Under the pieces are notes generated by a model that worked only from the letters and a program-made list of their open reading frames with translations, was not told where the DNA came from and ran no database searches. From NCBI RefSeq assembly GCF_006345805.1, contig NC_042997.1, positions 34,596,001 through 34,660,000 of the forward strand: 64,000 bases of DNA. The letters are read 5' to 3'. Position 1 is the stretch's first letter. Every line of letters starts with the position of its first letter. Origin of the DNA: Octopus sinensis. Taxonomy: Eukaryota. Made by a program: the position numbers and the translations under genes. Below are positions 50,830 through 64,000 of this stretch, piece after piece.

Positions 50830-52774
50830 TGAACCAGATTCGATTCGAAAAAATCAGCTACTGGTTCAAATCTTCCCGACGCACAAGAGCTGGAAGTACC
50901 CTACCACCGGAATATTCCAACAGATGGCCATCCATGCTCGCCATTAAATAACCAAAAGACAAAGAATGAAAAATGGTCTAGAGAAGATAATAAAGAAATT
51001 CTTACGGCCTTCTACCATGCCATATATTTCCCCACAGATAAATCTAATACTGTACAAACCTACTTAAACTGGAGACAGAAACACCTTGAAGTAAGACCCT
51101 ACATAAGCAGTAACAAACTTGCCAACGTCAGAAGAAACATTGTAAAAAAAATTACTAACTGAAGTAGAAATTGACCAAATTAAACAAGCAGTAGGGAATA
51201 AATAGAACGAAGCTGCAGCTAAAGAAGATATTACAGAGGAAAAAATAATAGACCAGCCCAGGGATGATGCAAATGCAGTAATGATTAAAAGAGTTAATGT
51301 AAGTGATAGGCAAAGGGAAATACTTCTGAACCAACCATAAACACTAAGGTAGATGAAAATCAAATAGATGAAGAAAATCACACAGAAATTGACCCAACAG
51401 AACTACATGTCCTAAAAAATCAAATGAGTGAATGGCTGAAAATTAAAGAAACCAGTATGAATGAACGCGATACTCTCCCAAAAATTCGGAATTCTAACCA
51501 AAACCTGAAAATAATTGGTAAAATCCGCCTTGCACTTAAGGATATAATTTCACCACCCTAAGGCAGATACAGAACGACTCTATCTGCCAAGAAAAGAGGG
51601 AGGCCTTGGTCTTTTGCAACTGGCAATAACAATGAAGATTGCTACAATTGGCCTAGACACCTACCTGAAAAACTCTGAGGACTGGATGTTAAAACTTGTC
51701 TCAAAACATGAAAACAAGAAAGCATCATACTCAGTCAAAAAACAGGCAAAGGAATATCTAAGTGAATTCCGAATACAACAAATTCCAGAATTAGACGTAC
51801 TAGAAACATGCACAGAAAAAGCTAAGCGCATGAAAATCCGTGTTAAAACTGTTGCCTTAGATATTCTGACTGATAAATGGCAAGAAAAACCTCTCAATGG
51901 CAAATACCCAAAGAGAGCGAATAATGCCAATGGCTAATGGCCTCTGGCTTAAAATCTGACACAGAAGAGTTTATTATAGCAGCCCAAGATCAATGCCTAC
52001 CCACAAGGAACTACCAGGCCAACATATTAAATAATGGCAGTATTCCAACATGTCGTGTATGTCAACAACAAAAGGAAACCATTGATCATGTTGTCTCCAT
52101 GTGCAGTCTTCTAGCACCTACAGAATATCTCAACAGGCATGATAGAGCTACACGATATATTCACTGGGTAATTTGCAAAATCCAGGTGTGCCCCATGATA
52201 AAAACTGGTGGAAACATAAACCACCTCCAGTACTTGAAAATGATCACATCTCACTCCTCTGGGACTTCACCATTCAAACTGACAGAAAGATAGATGCAAA
52301 TAAGCTAGGCAAAAATCATGCCTCCTCATTGATATGACTGTCCAAATCGATATAAACGTATCTGTCAAGACCTACCAAAAACTGAGCAACTATAAAGATC
52401 TTGAAAGAGAAATTTGCAAAATGTGGAACCTGAAGACTAAAACAATACCTGTTGTCATAGGCACCTTAGCAATGATAGCAAAAGGGGTTGATTGCTACCT
52501 AGCTCAAGATACCAGGAATCTCCAAAATGGCAGAAATTCAAAAGATAATGCTCATGGGAACTGTCCATATCCTACGTGAAATACTGTCTATGGAATCTCA
52601 AATTTTAAAACAAACACATAATTTTCTTATGGTTTCTTAAACATTCTCTAGAACAAAACAATGTTCAAAGCCAAATATATGGCATAACACCAAAATGAAC
52701 TTCTAACTTGTTGTCTCTTGAGGTCTCTGTGTAAGACTTGGAGCCAACTTGTACAAATGCGAAGCAAAAGTCAA
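50830..52774 (+). mobile_element. R4/Dong-clade non-LTR element lacking the RT domain
   Basis: The N-terminus KWSREDNKEILTAFYHA...NKLANVRRNI is joined at about 51550 to post-RT HHPKADTERLYLPRKEGGLGLLQL. Then come the Zn knuckle CRVCQQQKETIDHVVSMC..RHD and the RLE LLIDMTVQID...KLSNYKDL...GTAHILR; frameshifts present. Confidence 0.88.
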
Positions 52775-52933
<159 letters not shown>

Positions 52934-53789
52934 ATAAGGGAAGAAATATCAGCAATATGACTAAAAAGGTAATATTTGTTTCATTTCAATTTACCAGTAA
53001 TTTTTGAAAGCAGAAAATGTTATCAACATGATTAATTACCATCACTTAACCAAACAAGTGTATAATCCCAGAAAAAAAGTAAAATTAATTCTTTTGCAGA
53101 TGACGAAAATGATAACCCTTACTTGTAAGATCATCCTTGGAGTCAGTTTACAGAAAAATCAAAAAAGGTGTACATTGTTTTGAATAAAATATTCATATCG
53201 TTCGGTTAACAGCGTATAATTAGAAGAAAACAATGTAATTAACAATGACACAAGACACAGCAACTGGATGAAGGTTCGTCCTTTATCATTTATTCATATT
53301 GCCATGAAGCAGAGATATAGATTGGAATACACATCTCTTTAACGTGCATTTCGACATGACTAAGCAAAGAATATGTAAACACAAGAAATATCAGCTCGAA
53401 AACAAAAATTAAGAAAGCATTTAGAAGAAAATTGCAATCGTATCAAAAGATACTAAATTAAGGAAGACATGTACAATACTTTTTTCTCTGGAAGTATGGT
53501 GTTGCAAGTAAACCACGTAACGCACATCAAGAAAGTGTTCAGGGATGAGATGCTGGGATTAACTATGGTGAAAAATTAAAATTCCAACAAATAAAATATT
53601 TCCAACGATATACTAAAATATCAATAGAAAAAGAAGGAAGCTGAGGAAGGAAAATGTAACATTGAAATTCACAACAAGGAAATAAGAATTGATAAGTAAT
53701 GTCACAGTATCTTTAAGCTAATATTTAATCAAGATATCACTGCATATATTATAACAGAAAAGGTTAATTATATTTGAAAAGCTGTAAAT

Positions 53790-54100
53790 GAAAACTGCTG
53801 AACAAATGAGCAACCTTTGTCGAAAGCTGGTAAAGAAAATTATCCCGAAATCAGAGAAAATCAACACGAGAATGAAAGTACATAAAGTTGCAAACTATTG
53901 GAAAAATACAAAAAGCATGGAGAAGTTCCAAACAGTAAAGAAGTTGAAGCAAAAACACAGACAAAAGCAAACCAGATCAAAAGATAGAGAGAAGCGTTAA
54001 CACATCTTGAAACAAAATCAGCTATTTGATACCGAGCAGAAAATATTCCACCGAGAGCTAAATCAAAAGAACAGAATAGGACTAAGCTTGCTGAACAAAT
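53790..54100 (+). mobile_element. Decayed R4/Dong-like pre-RT fragment
   Basis: KLKQKHRQK...QNQLFDTEQKIFHREL resembles the R4 QNxLFxxNxKxFYRxL motif. Confidence 0.4.
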
Positions 54101-55022
54101 TAGATAGCGTGCCATATAGTCAAAACTACAGATTCCCCATTGTGTAGTTGTGTAATGAGAAAAGCGTGTATAGTTGAAGAGAAATGGAAAGTGTTGCCAA
54201 TGCAACCTGGAAAAGCTTAAGTGGAATGAGAATGGAGATCTTGTGGGGATTTTAATGTGCATAATCAAATAACGCAATGCATTTATTATAAGAAGGAAGT
54301 ATATGATTAGACTTAGATCTCCTAGAAGAAAGGAAAGGCATGAAGAAAGATGAATAAATCCTGACCGCATTGAATTTAAGAGCAAAATGAAAATATCTGG
54401 TGTGAAAATGAGAAAATAATTCGAGTGATAATTGAGATATTTGGTGGAGCTAGCAAAATTTAAACAAAAAGCATTAGAAAATAGTTAAACATTTGAAATA
54501 GATTTGGAATACATCCAACGTTGTACTTTTCTCCACTGCAATCACAAAACTGAACACTTGAGTGATAAGACTGAACATTGAATTAAAATGTAAATATAAT
54601 TAAATAAAATATAGTTTTGCCTTTATCTAGGATATCCTTAACTTTAAATCTAAACCCAAACTTGACAATCAAAGTCAGCAAGAAACAAATTAAATCAGAC
54701 TTTAAAAAAATCAATGTGTCTCTTATTGGCCCGAGAGACAAGATGAAAGTGAAGTTACGAGCTGAGCACTTCATGCTAGGAAAGAGAAATGTATGTAAAA
54801 GCCGTATAAAGGTATAAATAGTGTGTGGACGGTTTAGGAGAAAGAAAGCCAAGAAAAAAAGTAGAAGAGTGTAGAAAGTCACAAGACAGAAGATGAATGA
54901 AAAAAGGGTGAGAAAAAAACCCCCACTTATCATTGCTTGCCTTCCGCATTTATTCCATATGTTTGTTTCAAGGAGTCTCTCAATACCACCTTTCTTTATC
55001 TTTCATGTGTAACTCTTTAATT

Positions 55023-55305
55023 GTGACTTATGTTTGCCATTTAAATATGGCTAACCCCGAAGGGTGAATGCTACTGTAGTTTGTAGCCCCAGGAGGACAC
55101 CTCCTCCAGCTGGCCATAGACACACTTTCTGTGCCCTATCAGTGTTTGCAAAGGGAAGCTATCCTTCCGGTCTTCTTTGCAAACACTGATAGGGCACAGA
55201 AAGTGCATCTATGGCCAGCTGGAGGAGGTGTCCTCCTGGGGCTACAAAGTACAGTAGCATCCACCCTTAGGGGTTAGACATATTTAAATGGCAAATATAC
55301 GTCAC
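55023..55305. mobile_element. Palindromic MITE-like element
   Basis: 131-bp arms at 55023-55153 and 55175-55305 with a 21-nt spacer. Confidence 0.8.
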
Positions 55306-55384
55306 GATGTGTTGTAGCTACTGTTTATAACTCGCTCTGAGATTTATTATTATCTTTAATTGTGGCACGCAAATTATAACGAAT

Positions 55385-55530
55385 GCACTTGGCCTTGTGC
55401 TAGATTGTTAGATTCACGACCATGATGTCCTGGATTCAATTCCTGGGCCGGGCCGTACGTTTTTAGTCCTTGAGCAAGGTATTTCATTTCAAATTGTTAC
55501 AGTCTGCTCAACTGTAAATGAGTACTAGTC
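55385..55530 (+). mobile_element. Old SINE fragment, family D-like
   Basis: GGATTCAATTCC B-box, GTCCTTGAGCAAGG and CTCAACTGTAAATGAGTAC. Confidence 0.5.
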
Positions 55531-55926
55531 AGCTTTTTTCTCTCTCCGTCTCTCATATCCTGGATGTGCTGTTGGTGTTATATATCTACTCACGACTACG
55601 TAAGTACCTAAACAAATTGTCGTAATCGTCGTACATAATACCAAATCATACATGTTCGCGCGTAGTGTTTACTTCACATACAGTTATTCGATCTTATGCT
55701 GTGACCACATCAACCTTAACATCTGGCCATCTAACTTCCCAGATTGCAACCCACTTGATTATTATCTGTAGGGCGCAGTTGAGCGAGAGACTAACAAAAC
55801 TTCTTGTAACACAAGTGCTCTGCAAAATCTAGGTACGTGACAGGAATTACATGAGTTAGGACCTCAAATGGGAGACGTAGTTTATTATTGTCAAAATCTG
55901 CCAGGTTCCAAAAGTGGGTACATATA

Positions 55927-56345
55927 TACTCTCTCTTTTACTCTTTTACTTGTTTCAGTCATTTGACTGCGGCATGCTGGAGCACCGCCTTTAGTCGAAC
56001 AAATCGACCCCGGGACTTATTCTTTGTAAGCCCAGTACTTATTCCATCGGTCTCTTTTGTCGAACCGCTAGTTGACGGGGACGTAAACACACCAGCATCG
56101 GTTGTCAAGCAATGCTAGGGGGACAAACACAGACACACAAACACACACACACATACATATATATACTTATATGCATATATACGACAGGCTTCTTTCAGTT
56201 TCCGTCTACCAAATCCACTCACAAGGCATTGGTCGGCCCGGGTTCTATAGCAGAGGACACTTGCCCAAGATGCCACGCAGTGGGACTGAACCCGGAACCA
56301 TGTGGTTGGTTAGCAAGCTACTTACCACACAGCCACTCCTGCGCC
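55927..56345 (-). mobile_element. tRNA-derived SINE, family B (young)
   Basis: Near-identical to 41664-42065. Confidence 0.92.
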
Positions 56346-56782
56346 TATCATTAAATAAATTGGAACTTAACTCATAATATGATTTCTTCATCACCACATG
56401 TACTGCAGTTCCAATATTTAGATGTGTGAATTTCTTCTAAATACTCTGTTTAATGCACGCTATGATCTTAATTTTTCTCCCATGGGTCGTTTGCCTGTTG
56501 ATACTCCAATATCAAGTTAAAATAAAAGTTGCAAACGAAATAGCAGTTTTCAAATTCTCTTAATCATCTGTTATTAATTACATGAACTTTATAGAATTAA
56601 GTTACGAAATATATAATTGATATTTAGAGCGTATCTGCAACCCAACCTCATACCTGAGACAATGAACTGCTATAAACCTGCTGGAAAATAGCTTCATGTA
56701 TAACATGAACGATACCTGTTCAAGAGAATCTGACAGTTGGATAACCGTTCATTTAAAGCAACTCCGAGCCCTTTACGATTAG

Positions 56783-56837
<55 letters not shown>

Positions 56838-56880
56838 CATAATTAAATCTCAGAATGAGATTGAAACAGTAATCGCTCGA

Positions 56881-56946
56881 TAATGTAAAGTATAGAAGCC
56901 ATCTTATCATGTGGTTAACCATGATAAGATGGCTTCTATACTTTAC

Positions 56947-56950
<4 letters not shown>
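56881..56950. repeat. Perfect 31-bp-arm hairpin embedded in (TA)n
   Basis: 56881-56911 pairs with 56920-56950; loop TGGTTAAC. Confidence 0.9.
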
Positions 56951-56999
<49 letters not shown>

Positions 57000-57007
57000 T
57001 AATATAT

Positions 57008-57061
<54 letters not shown>

Positions 57062-57070
57062 AATGTATAT

Positions 57071-57734
57071 ATACGATATAGTGTATATTTAAACACATAG
57101 AGAATCGACTTATAGGAATTCTACGCGCTAGAAAGAACAGCTAAGTTCTATGACCACTGGAAATGTAAATTTTAATTGAATATTATTAATTTTAATTAAA
57201 TTCCATTTCCCTTTGGTATGATTAAATACTGTAAGTTTTGGGATAATTTTCGGTTAATAAGTTGGCGGTTTTTTATTGTAGCCAACGAAGGACTGCGTCT
57301 GCGCAGTAGATTTGAAAAGTTGGCTCGTATAAACACGAGACAGGAAACCGAGTTTGTCTTGTGTGGATATGTTTAACACTATGTTGGACCTGCTGAAGAA
57401 AATCAAACCTTGTGGGTTCTCCATGACTCGCTAAAAGATGATTAGAAACCAATTGGTCCAGGAAACTAGATGGTAAAAGTTTTTCATCCCCAAATTTATT
57501 ACTGTCGAATTTTATCCCGAATTTTTTGTGGTCATATAAATTAGCTGTTCTTTCTAGCGCGTAGAATCCCTATAAATGGGTTCTCTATGTGTTTAAATAC
57601 ACACTATATCGTATGGCTAATATATGGTCTTTTTGACTAAAATTTTTTTACGCGTTAGACCACTGGAAATGTATATTTTAATTGAATGTTTTTAATTTTA
57701 ATTAAATTCCATTTACCTTTGATATGATTAAATA

Positions 57735-57736
<2 letters not shown>
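57071..57736. mobile_element. (TA)n-embedded element with inverted and direct repeats (possible Penelope pLTR derivative)
   Basis: Inverted 57071-57158 / 57528-57614; direct 57152-57230 / 57658-57736; contains a hammerhead motif. Confidence 0.65.
57389..57462 (+). ncRNA. Type I hammerhead ribozyme motif
   Basis: CCTG / CTGAAGA / A-AATCA...TGATT-A / GAAAC-CAATTG-GTC / CAGG, with palindromic ACCAATTGGT stem III. Confidence 0.6.
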
Positions 57737-57781
<45 letters not shown>

Positions 57782-59228
57782 GTGTGTGTGTATACGCAAC
57801 CATATATCACATACACACACACCCATGCACACACACACACACACATATACATACATATATATATGTGTGTATATATATATGTGTGTGTGTCTGTATATAT
57901 ATATATATACTTACACATATAAATACACATAAGCGCCTATGCAGGCAGGCCTATACAGAAATCTATACACATACCACTCATTTTATTCTGATATCACTTT
58001 ATCAGTAGTTTTCTTTTCGCTATGTCTATTGTTTGTCTTTTCGTAATCCTTTTTAACTAGCTTTCTTAGCTCACCTAGTATCTGATAAACGGCTTCGTCT
58101 TATAAAACACGCTATCTCATATTAACAGATGCAATGCAATTATTTCGGTGACAAGGTTGTCGATGTGTAAAGAAACATTTTGACATCACATAATAGATCA
58201 ACAAATAAACGAACAATAAAATATAACAGGTTTTTTGTATCTCCTTAAATGGCTGAAATGACTTTCTTGATGTAATCGTTACTTTCGTTTCTTCTTCTAT
58301 TCAATTTTTTTCTTTGTCTGTATTGTTAAATTGAACTGATCGTGTACATAGGTCTACGTAGTCGCTTAATCTGCTAGAAACATCAGTCACATGTCACTTA
58401 AATAATCACATAAAAAGAAAGGGTATATTGAATGATTTTATCATAAATGTACAATTTTTGAATAAATTTCGGAATAGTTACGTCTGCTCAACCATTGCCC
58501 ATCCTGGGTTAGCAACAACAAGGGAAGAGAAAGAAAGAAACCAGTTAAGTGTCGGATGTGGGGGGTAAAGAAGCAGCCGGCGATAGCGTAATGGACGAAT
58601 GCTGCAACATTAATCACAAGAAATATGACAAAAGGAAGGAGAGAAGGGTACAACAAAGTTCTTCTGCGTTTAGTAGAAAATTGCTAACCAAAATACACAA
58701 GTAGTGGTTTGAAACGACTCAGTATAGTTAAGTTAAGAGCGACCAGTCTCTCAGCGCCAACCGCCTGTGTAATAGAGAAGCAGACATAATTGTTTAATAA
58801 TAATATCCGCGATAAACCATTTCAAATATTCTTTTGATGTGTGGTATGCCTGAGTACTCTCCGTTTATGAGAGAGTCTGGAATTTGCAGAACATTATAGA
58901 AAAAATATAATACGTAAAGCATATGAAAGATAATCAATAAAAAGTGAAGAAGTAAAGAAGAAATTCACCTAAAAAAGGATAGTACGCCAGAAGGTACCCC
59001 AGAATCTGACCATCCGGTGGTCAGTATCAATGTTCCCACAGGAAACTTTACTTTATCTACATTGTGCTCTCAGTCTTAAGACACATTCACCTGCAGTTCC
59101 CACCCTCTGGTGTAAATGGCATTTCAAGATAAAGATGACTTATTTGCAGAAAGGTAACTTTGTTCACATTCTTTTGAGAATCGGTTAAAATATTGCAGTC
59201 AGATAACTGATACAAGTAAAAGAGTATA

Positions 59229-59268
<40 letters not shown>

Positions 59269-59949
59269 TATATTCAATGAGAATACAGTATACTAAATTT
59301 CGTATAAGTGTTCTTGGTAGAGAAATGTTAAAAACCTTAAAGATATTTAGACATTTAATAAGAGCGATTATATATTATTAAATAAGAGCAGGAAAATTTA
59401 CCTCAAAAAATCATCACAGAACATATACGTCCCAAATAATATTGTATTAATAGATAGATTTATAAATATATAAGGAATGATTATTTCAAATTTTACAATA
59501 TCTTACGATCGTTTCATGAATGTATTGCCCTTCGAAATGAAATCATTATTAGGTAATACATCCACTCGTCAGAGAAAAAGGGTGAATTTCCGTGTAGTCA
59601 CTCGAATGTTATTTAAAATCATGTGATAAAGATGTTGTTTAAAAACGTTTCTGCCATAGCTGTGCATTGGTACAATCTTGGGCTAAAAAGTTTGAAGAAA
59701 TGATATAAAAACCGTGGTAAAATCCTCTGTAGTAATCCATAATGGCTGTGTGTATAAATCCCATAATTTCATTCTCTTCAATATTTTCTGCATTTATGAA
59801 TTACATATTAAAGAGAATGAGGTGTGGATCATATATTGAAGAGAATGAAGTTATTGGATTTATATATACACAAAGCGATTATGGGTTACTGCAGAGAATT
59901 TTACCACACACTTATATTATTTCTTCAAAATTTTCAGCCCAAGTTTGTA

Positions 59950-62516
59950 TCAATGCACATCTATGACAATCAAAAATCCAGAACTGACAATAATAGCAAC
60001 AGCTACAACCTCAAATCTTATAAGAACCCTCCACACAACCCCTATCTCGAAAATTTTGAAGTGGATATGAGTAATTTAATTAGAAACATTAAATTCTCTA
60101 AATACAAATCCCCCTTTAAAAAAACGCTCAAACACCATTAAACGGATCATTGCATCCCCTAAATTACATGTCTTCTCGGACAAAGCAGGAAATACTTACC
60201 CCATTACCATTGAGGAATACAACAAATTCATAAAGAAAGAACTCAACAAATAATACAAGCTGGAACCAACTTCTGCCCTTAATGAAATCAACAACAAGCA
60301 CTGCAAACTTATGAGGAAATTACAATTGGATGACTGAACCGAACCATACTGCCTTGCATTTCCACACTTTAATCTCAAGAATCACAAGAAGGACTTTCAG
60401 TACGCCTAATATGCCCCACCAAATCCGACCTAGGAAGGGTAAGCAAAAATATTTTGGACAAAATAATACCATTCGTCAAGGACAAATTAAACGTTAACCT
60501 ATGGTCCCACACTGGTGAATCTATTACATGGCTCCATCTTCTAATAACAAAAAACTCATATTCTTACCTACAATTCGACATAACTAATTACTATTCTTTT
60601 ATTTCTCCTAAACTCCTTAATCAAGCTCTTCTAGCTAGGAACTTTACTAACCTAACCCCACTAGAAATTAACATAATACTTAATGCTCACAAAACCCTTA
60701 TTTCTTTCGAAAGCAAACTCTGGTGCCAGGCCAATAACCATAGTAATAACCATAGCAACCTATTCGACATAACCATGGGATCATCAGATTCAGTTCAGGC
60801 CACTGATTTAGTTGGACTATATATACTACATCAGTTCATATACACTTCCCTAACATCAAGGGAGGTCTATACAGGGACGACGCTTTACTAGTTACTAAAA
60901 ACATAAATAAATCCTCCTTAGAAAGAACTAGAAAGGATCTACATAAATTTTTCTCTAACCTAAACCTATCACAATCGAAAGCGCTCACAAAACTGCTAAC
61001 TTTCTTGACGAAACTTTAAACTTATCAACCTCCCAATACTCCATTTACCACAAACCTAACCAATACCTTAACATACACTCCAATCAGCACAAATCCACTT
61101 TCGATAACATAATCAAGGGCATCTCAACCCGCATATCCGACCTCTCTTCCACTGAAGAAATTTTCGATAACCACGCACCATATTATAATCAAGCACTCGT
61201 CGCTAGCGGCTTTTCCCAACAATTAGAATACATCCATAACACCAGGCTCAAACAATACATATCTCAAGTCACATCTCAAACACGCACAAACCATCAAAAT
61301 CTCAACCAACCACAAACACTCTTCGATGGAACCCTGGAAGGTCTTACACCTAGGCAACTTAGACCACACACACATTCATTTAACACTAGGTCAAAAACGA
61401 AAACAACTAAAACATCTAACAACAACAGGCCTCATCACTTACATACCTTCCCTTAAAATATAGATAGCACTCCTATATCTAAAAACTTAGATAGCACTAC
61501 TCCCAGACCCCCAAAAATGTGGTGGACACTCTATTCTGTGGTACACATCCTCATTCTCACCTAACGTTAAGAACTTAGCTAAATCCTTCTTTAGAATATT
61601 AGACTCTAACTTCCCTCGACAACATAAATATCATTCTATCTTTAATCGATCCACCCTGAATCTATCCTATTCTACGTCACCCAACTTCGAATTTATTGTA
61701 GCAGCCTCTAATAAGCAAAATCTTTCCCTTTGCTATCAAAACTCACACAACTACAACTCTAGTAATACGAACACTCAACACACACACAGCTCCAGCACAG
61801 ATACCTTTACATTAGACCACAACCACAACCCAACCCATCCTACTGACACTGCTCGGAACACTACCACAATCTCTAACACCCTTAAAAATAGTACAATTAA
61901 TAACAATAATAGTAATAATAGCAATGATGGTAATGATAACATAAATAATACTAATAATATAGAATTTTATACCCCCTTCTATAACCTTTCCTCTGACGAT
62001 ATTACCTCCTCTATTACTGAACACATTCCCCAAAATTCACCTAATTGTAATTGCCGTCCTGGAACCATCTGCCCGTTACAAACCCATTGCAGAAGATATA
62101 ATGTAATTTACAAAGGCACTGTCCTTAATCTATTACACAACTTTACAGCCATATACATAGAATCAACCAAACATTTTAGGCAAAGATATGCCACTCACCT
62201 CCATTCCTTTAGATACGATAAACATAGTAAATCTACAACACTCACCAACCACATACATCAACTCAAAAATACAAATATTGCCTATACTCTATCGTGGTCC
62301 ATACTAGACTCAGGGCTTCCCTACCGAGATCAACGCTCAACCTGCAAAATTTGCCTGAAGGAGGCACTTCACACGAAACACAACTCTCCAGCACTGCTAA
62401 ATAAACATAATGAGGCACTAAGCACATGCAACCACCGCATTTTTCACACACTCAAATTCTACCACAAAACCAAATGCCTAAACGACCATACAATTCATTT
62501 CCCCAATACCTATTAG
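59950..62516 (+). mobile_element. Penelope-like retroelement (RT plus GIY-YIG), near full-length pseudogene, probably Naiad-type
   Basis: PTKSDLGRVSKNILDKI, QFDITNYY, FDITMGSSDS...LVGLYIL and GLYRDD (YRDD at 60870-60881). Then CNCR...CPL...C..NVIYKGTV...YIEST and C-terminal CKICL.E...TCNHR; stops and frameshifts. Confidence 0.9.
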
Positions 62517-62798
62517 GTAATCCCAATAACATTATAAATCTACATTTTAACTCCTAATCCCTATCTAATTCCTCACTCATACTCGAATATCACAACCATC
62601 TAATTTTATTCGTGTGTATGTGTATCCATGCGTGTGCGTGTATAGGTGTGTGTGTGTGTGTGTGTATGTCTGCAAGGTATATATACGTACGTGTACAGGG
62701 GCAATAATACATGCAGATACACGTATATATGGGTGCGCATGTGCTCATATGCGTACCACTAAGAGTTGTGTATGTAGATATTGATTTGTATAAACATC

Positions 62799-62865
<67 letters not shown>

Positions 62866-63581
62866 CATATCTAATATAAACATATGTATACATCTTCACA
62901 TATATATTTTCTTCTACTACTAAGCACTGACCTGTCCAACCACCCAAATTCCTAAATTCTTCATTCCATACTACTACCCCTCTCTCTGCCCCATCACTTA
63001 GACTCTGTTATTGCACAACTGACACTCCTTTACTTTTTATACCTCTCTCTCTATCCCTCCCCCTCCATTCCTCCTATCTTTTTACACTCTAATACCTTTC
63101 TCTCTCTATCAGCCTTATCTTCCCATTCCTACTTTCAAATTATCTCCACTGACCACTAACTGGTACACTTGCCATTACTATCTCTATCCTTGTTTTCCTT
63201 CTTTTTACTTTCTTTTCTTTATTCCTCTCTTCCTTATATTCTTCTTTTCTCTTTATTCTCTTTTTTTCTTTTTTCTCTTTCTTTATTCTTCTCTTCCTGT
63301 TTTCGATTTTACCTTACTAATACATTCCCTACTTTTTGGACACCTTAAATAAAACCCTTGATTCAATAACACTATGTATAAACTCTATACTTCGAATAAC
63401 CAGTTTTAAATACTATTGGATTTTACTCATAGGGTATTGAAATCTTATATGTATACCATTCTGCCTAAATAATGGATCTACAAATACAATATCCCTGCAT
63501 ATCTCACATCTATTTTCATTCCTGCACCTCTATTTCGTATCTTATCTAGATTAACTATTGCTTAACTATCTGCTCACACTA

Positions 63582-63627
63582 TCCCCGATGAAGGAATATA
63601 ATAATTATCCTAGAAACAGCTGTAAGA
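63582..63627 (+). ncRNA. Degenerate Penelope-type hammerhead motif
   Basis: CCGATGA (U4 to C) / AGGA...TCCT-A / GAAACAGCTGTA with palindromic ACAGCTGT; stem I has only 2 bp. Confidence 0.4.
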
Positions 63628-64000
63628 CCTTCTATTTATGTTCTAAAATCTACAGAATCTTGTTTTTTTTATATCTCAATACGGAAGAATTTATATATAT
63701 ATATACTTATACTCAATTTTGCTTGTATAATTCATTTAAGAGCATGATTTACAATAGTAGACTTTCAGGCCTAGTGTGTCGATACGTAAATCTGTGTATA
63801 TGTGTAATGTGCTCTTCGCACCTTCTTTCTCTGTATGTGTATATACCTCTCTTGGTATGTGTCCTATCGGTTTTAGAGTTCGGTCCCACATCAGAAGATA
63901 AATTTATTTTGGAACCTGCAACATGGTACAATTTCAATTCTCTTGTATATCTTGTCATTTCGTGTGTTGAGTATATGTGTGGGTGTGTGTTGCATATATG

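Noticed and set aside
62040-62450. Selenocysteine (UGA) recoding reported for some Naiad Penelope elements
   Set aside because: The conserved Cys positions seen here (CNC, CPL, CKIC, TCNH) are all TGT/TGC.

Overview
AT-rich, repeat-saturated eukaryotic DNA with no recognisable host protein-coding gene. The tRNA-derived SINEs, dense (TA)n/(CA)n/(TACA)n/(AAT)n microsatellites and retroelement mix suggest a cephalopod, most likely Octopus (inference). Contents: about 20 SINE copies from several modular families; decayed LINEs (CR1-like, RTE, L2/Crack-like, R4/Dong, HERO-like); Penelope-like elements; mariner relics; a non-autonomous Helitron; many fold-back elements in (TA)n tracts; and a 100-N assembly gap with duplicated flanks. 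The main structure is a near-perfect array of 25 x 207 bp (45650-50826) whose unit is a stop-free 69-codon frame. It runs into an RT-deleted R4/Dong element, and the whole block is bracketed by compound microsatellites that each contain (GAT)21. Also notable: two hammerhead ribozyme motifs (one with a compensated U3-A8 core), a SINE and a LINE sharing a 3' stem-loop with compensatory changes, and a tRNA-Glu/SINE chimeric retrocopy. All family names come from motif recognition by eye, not database searches.
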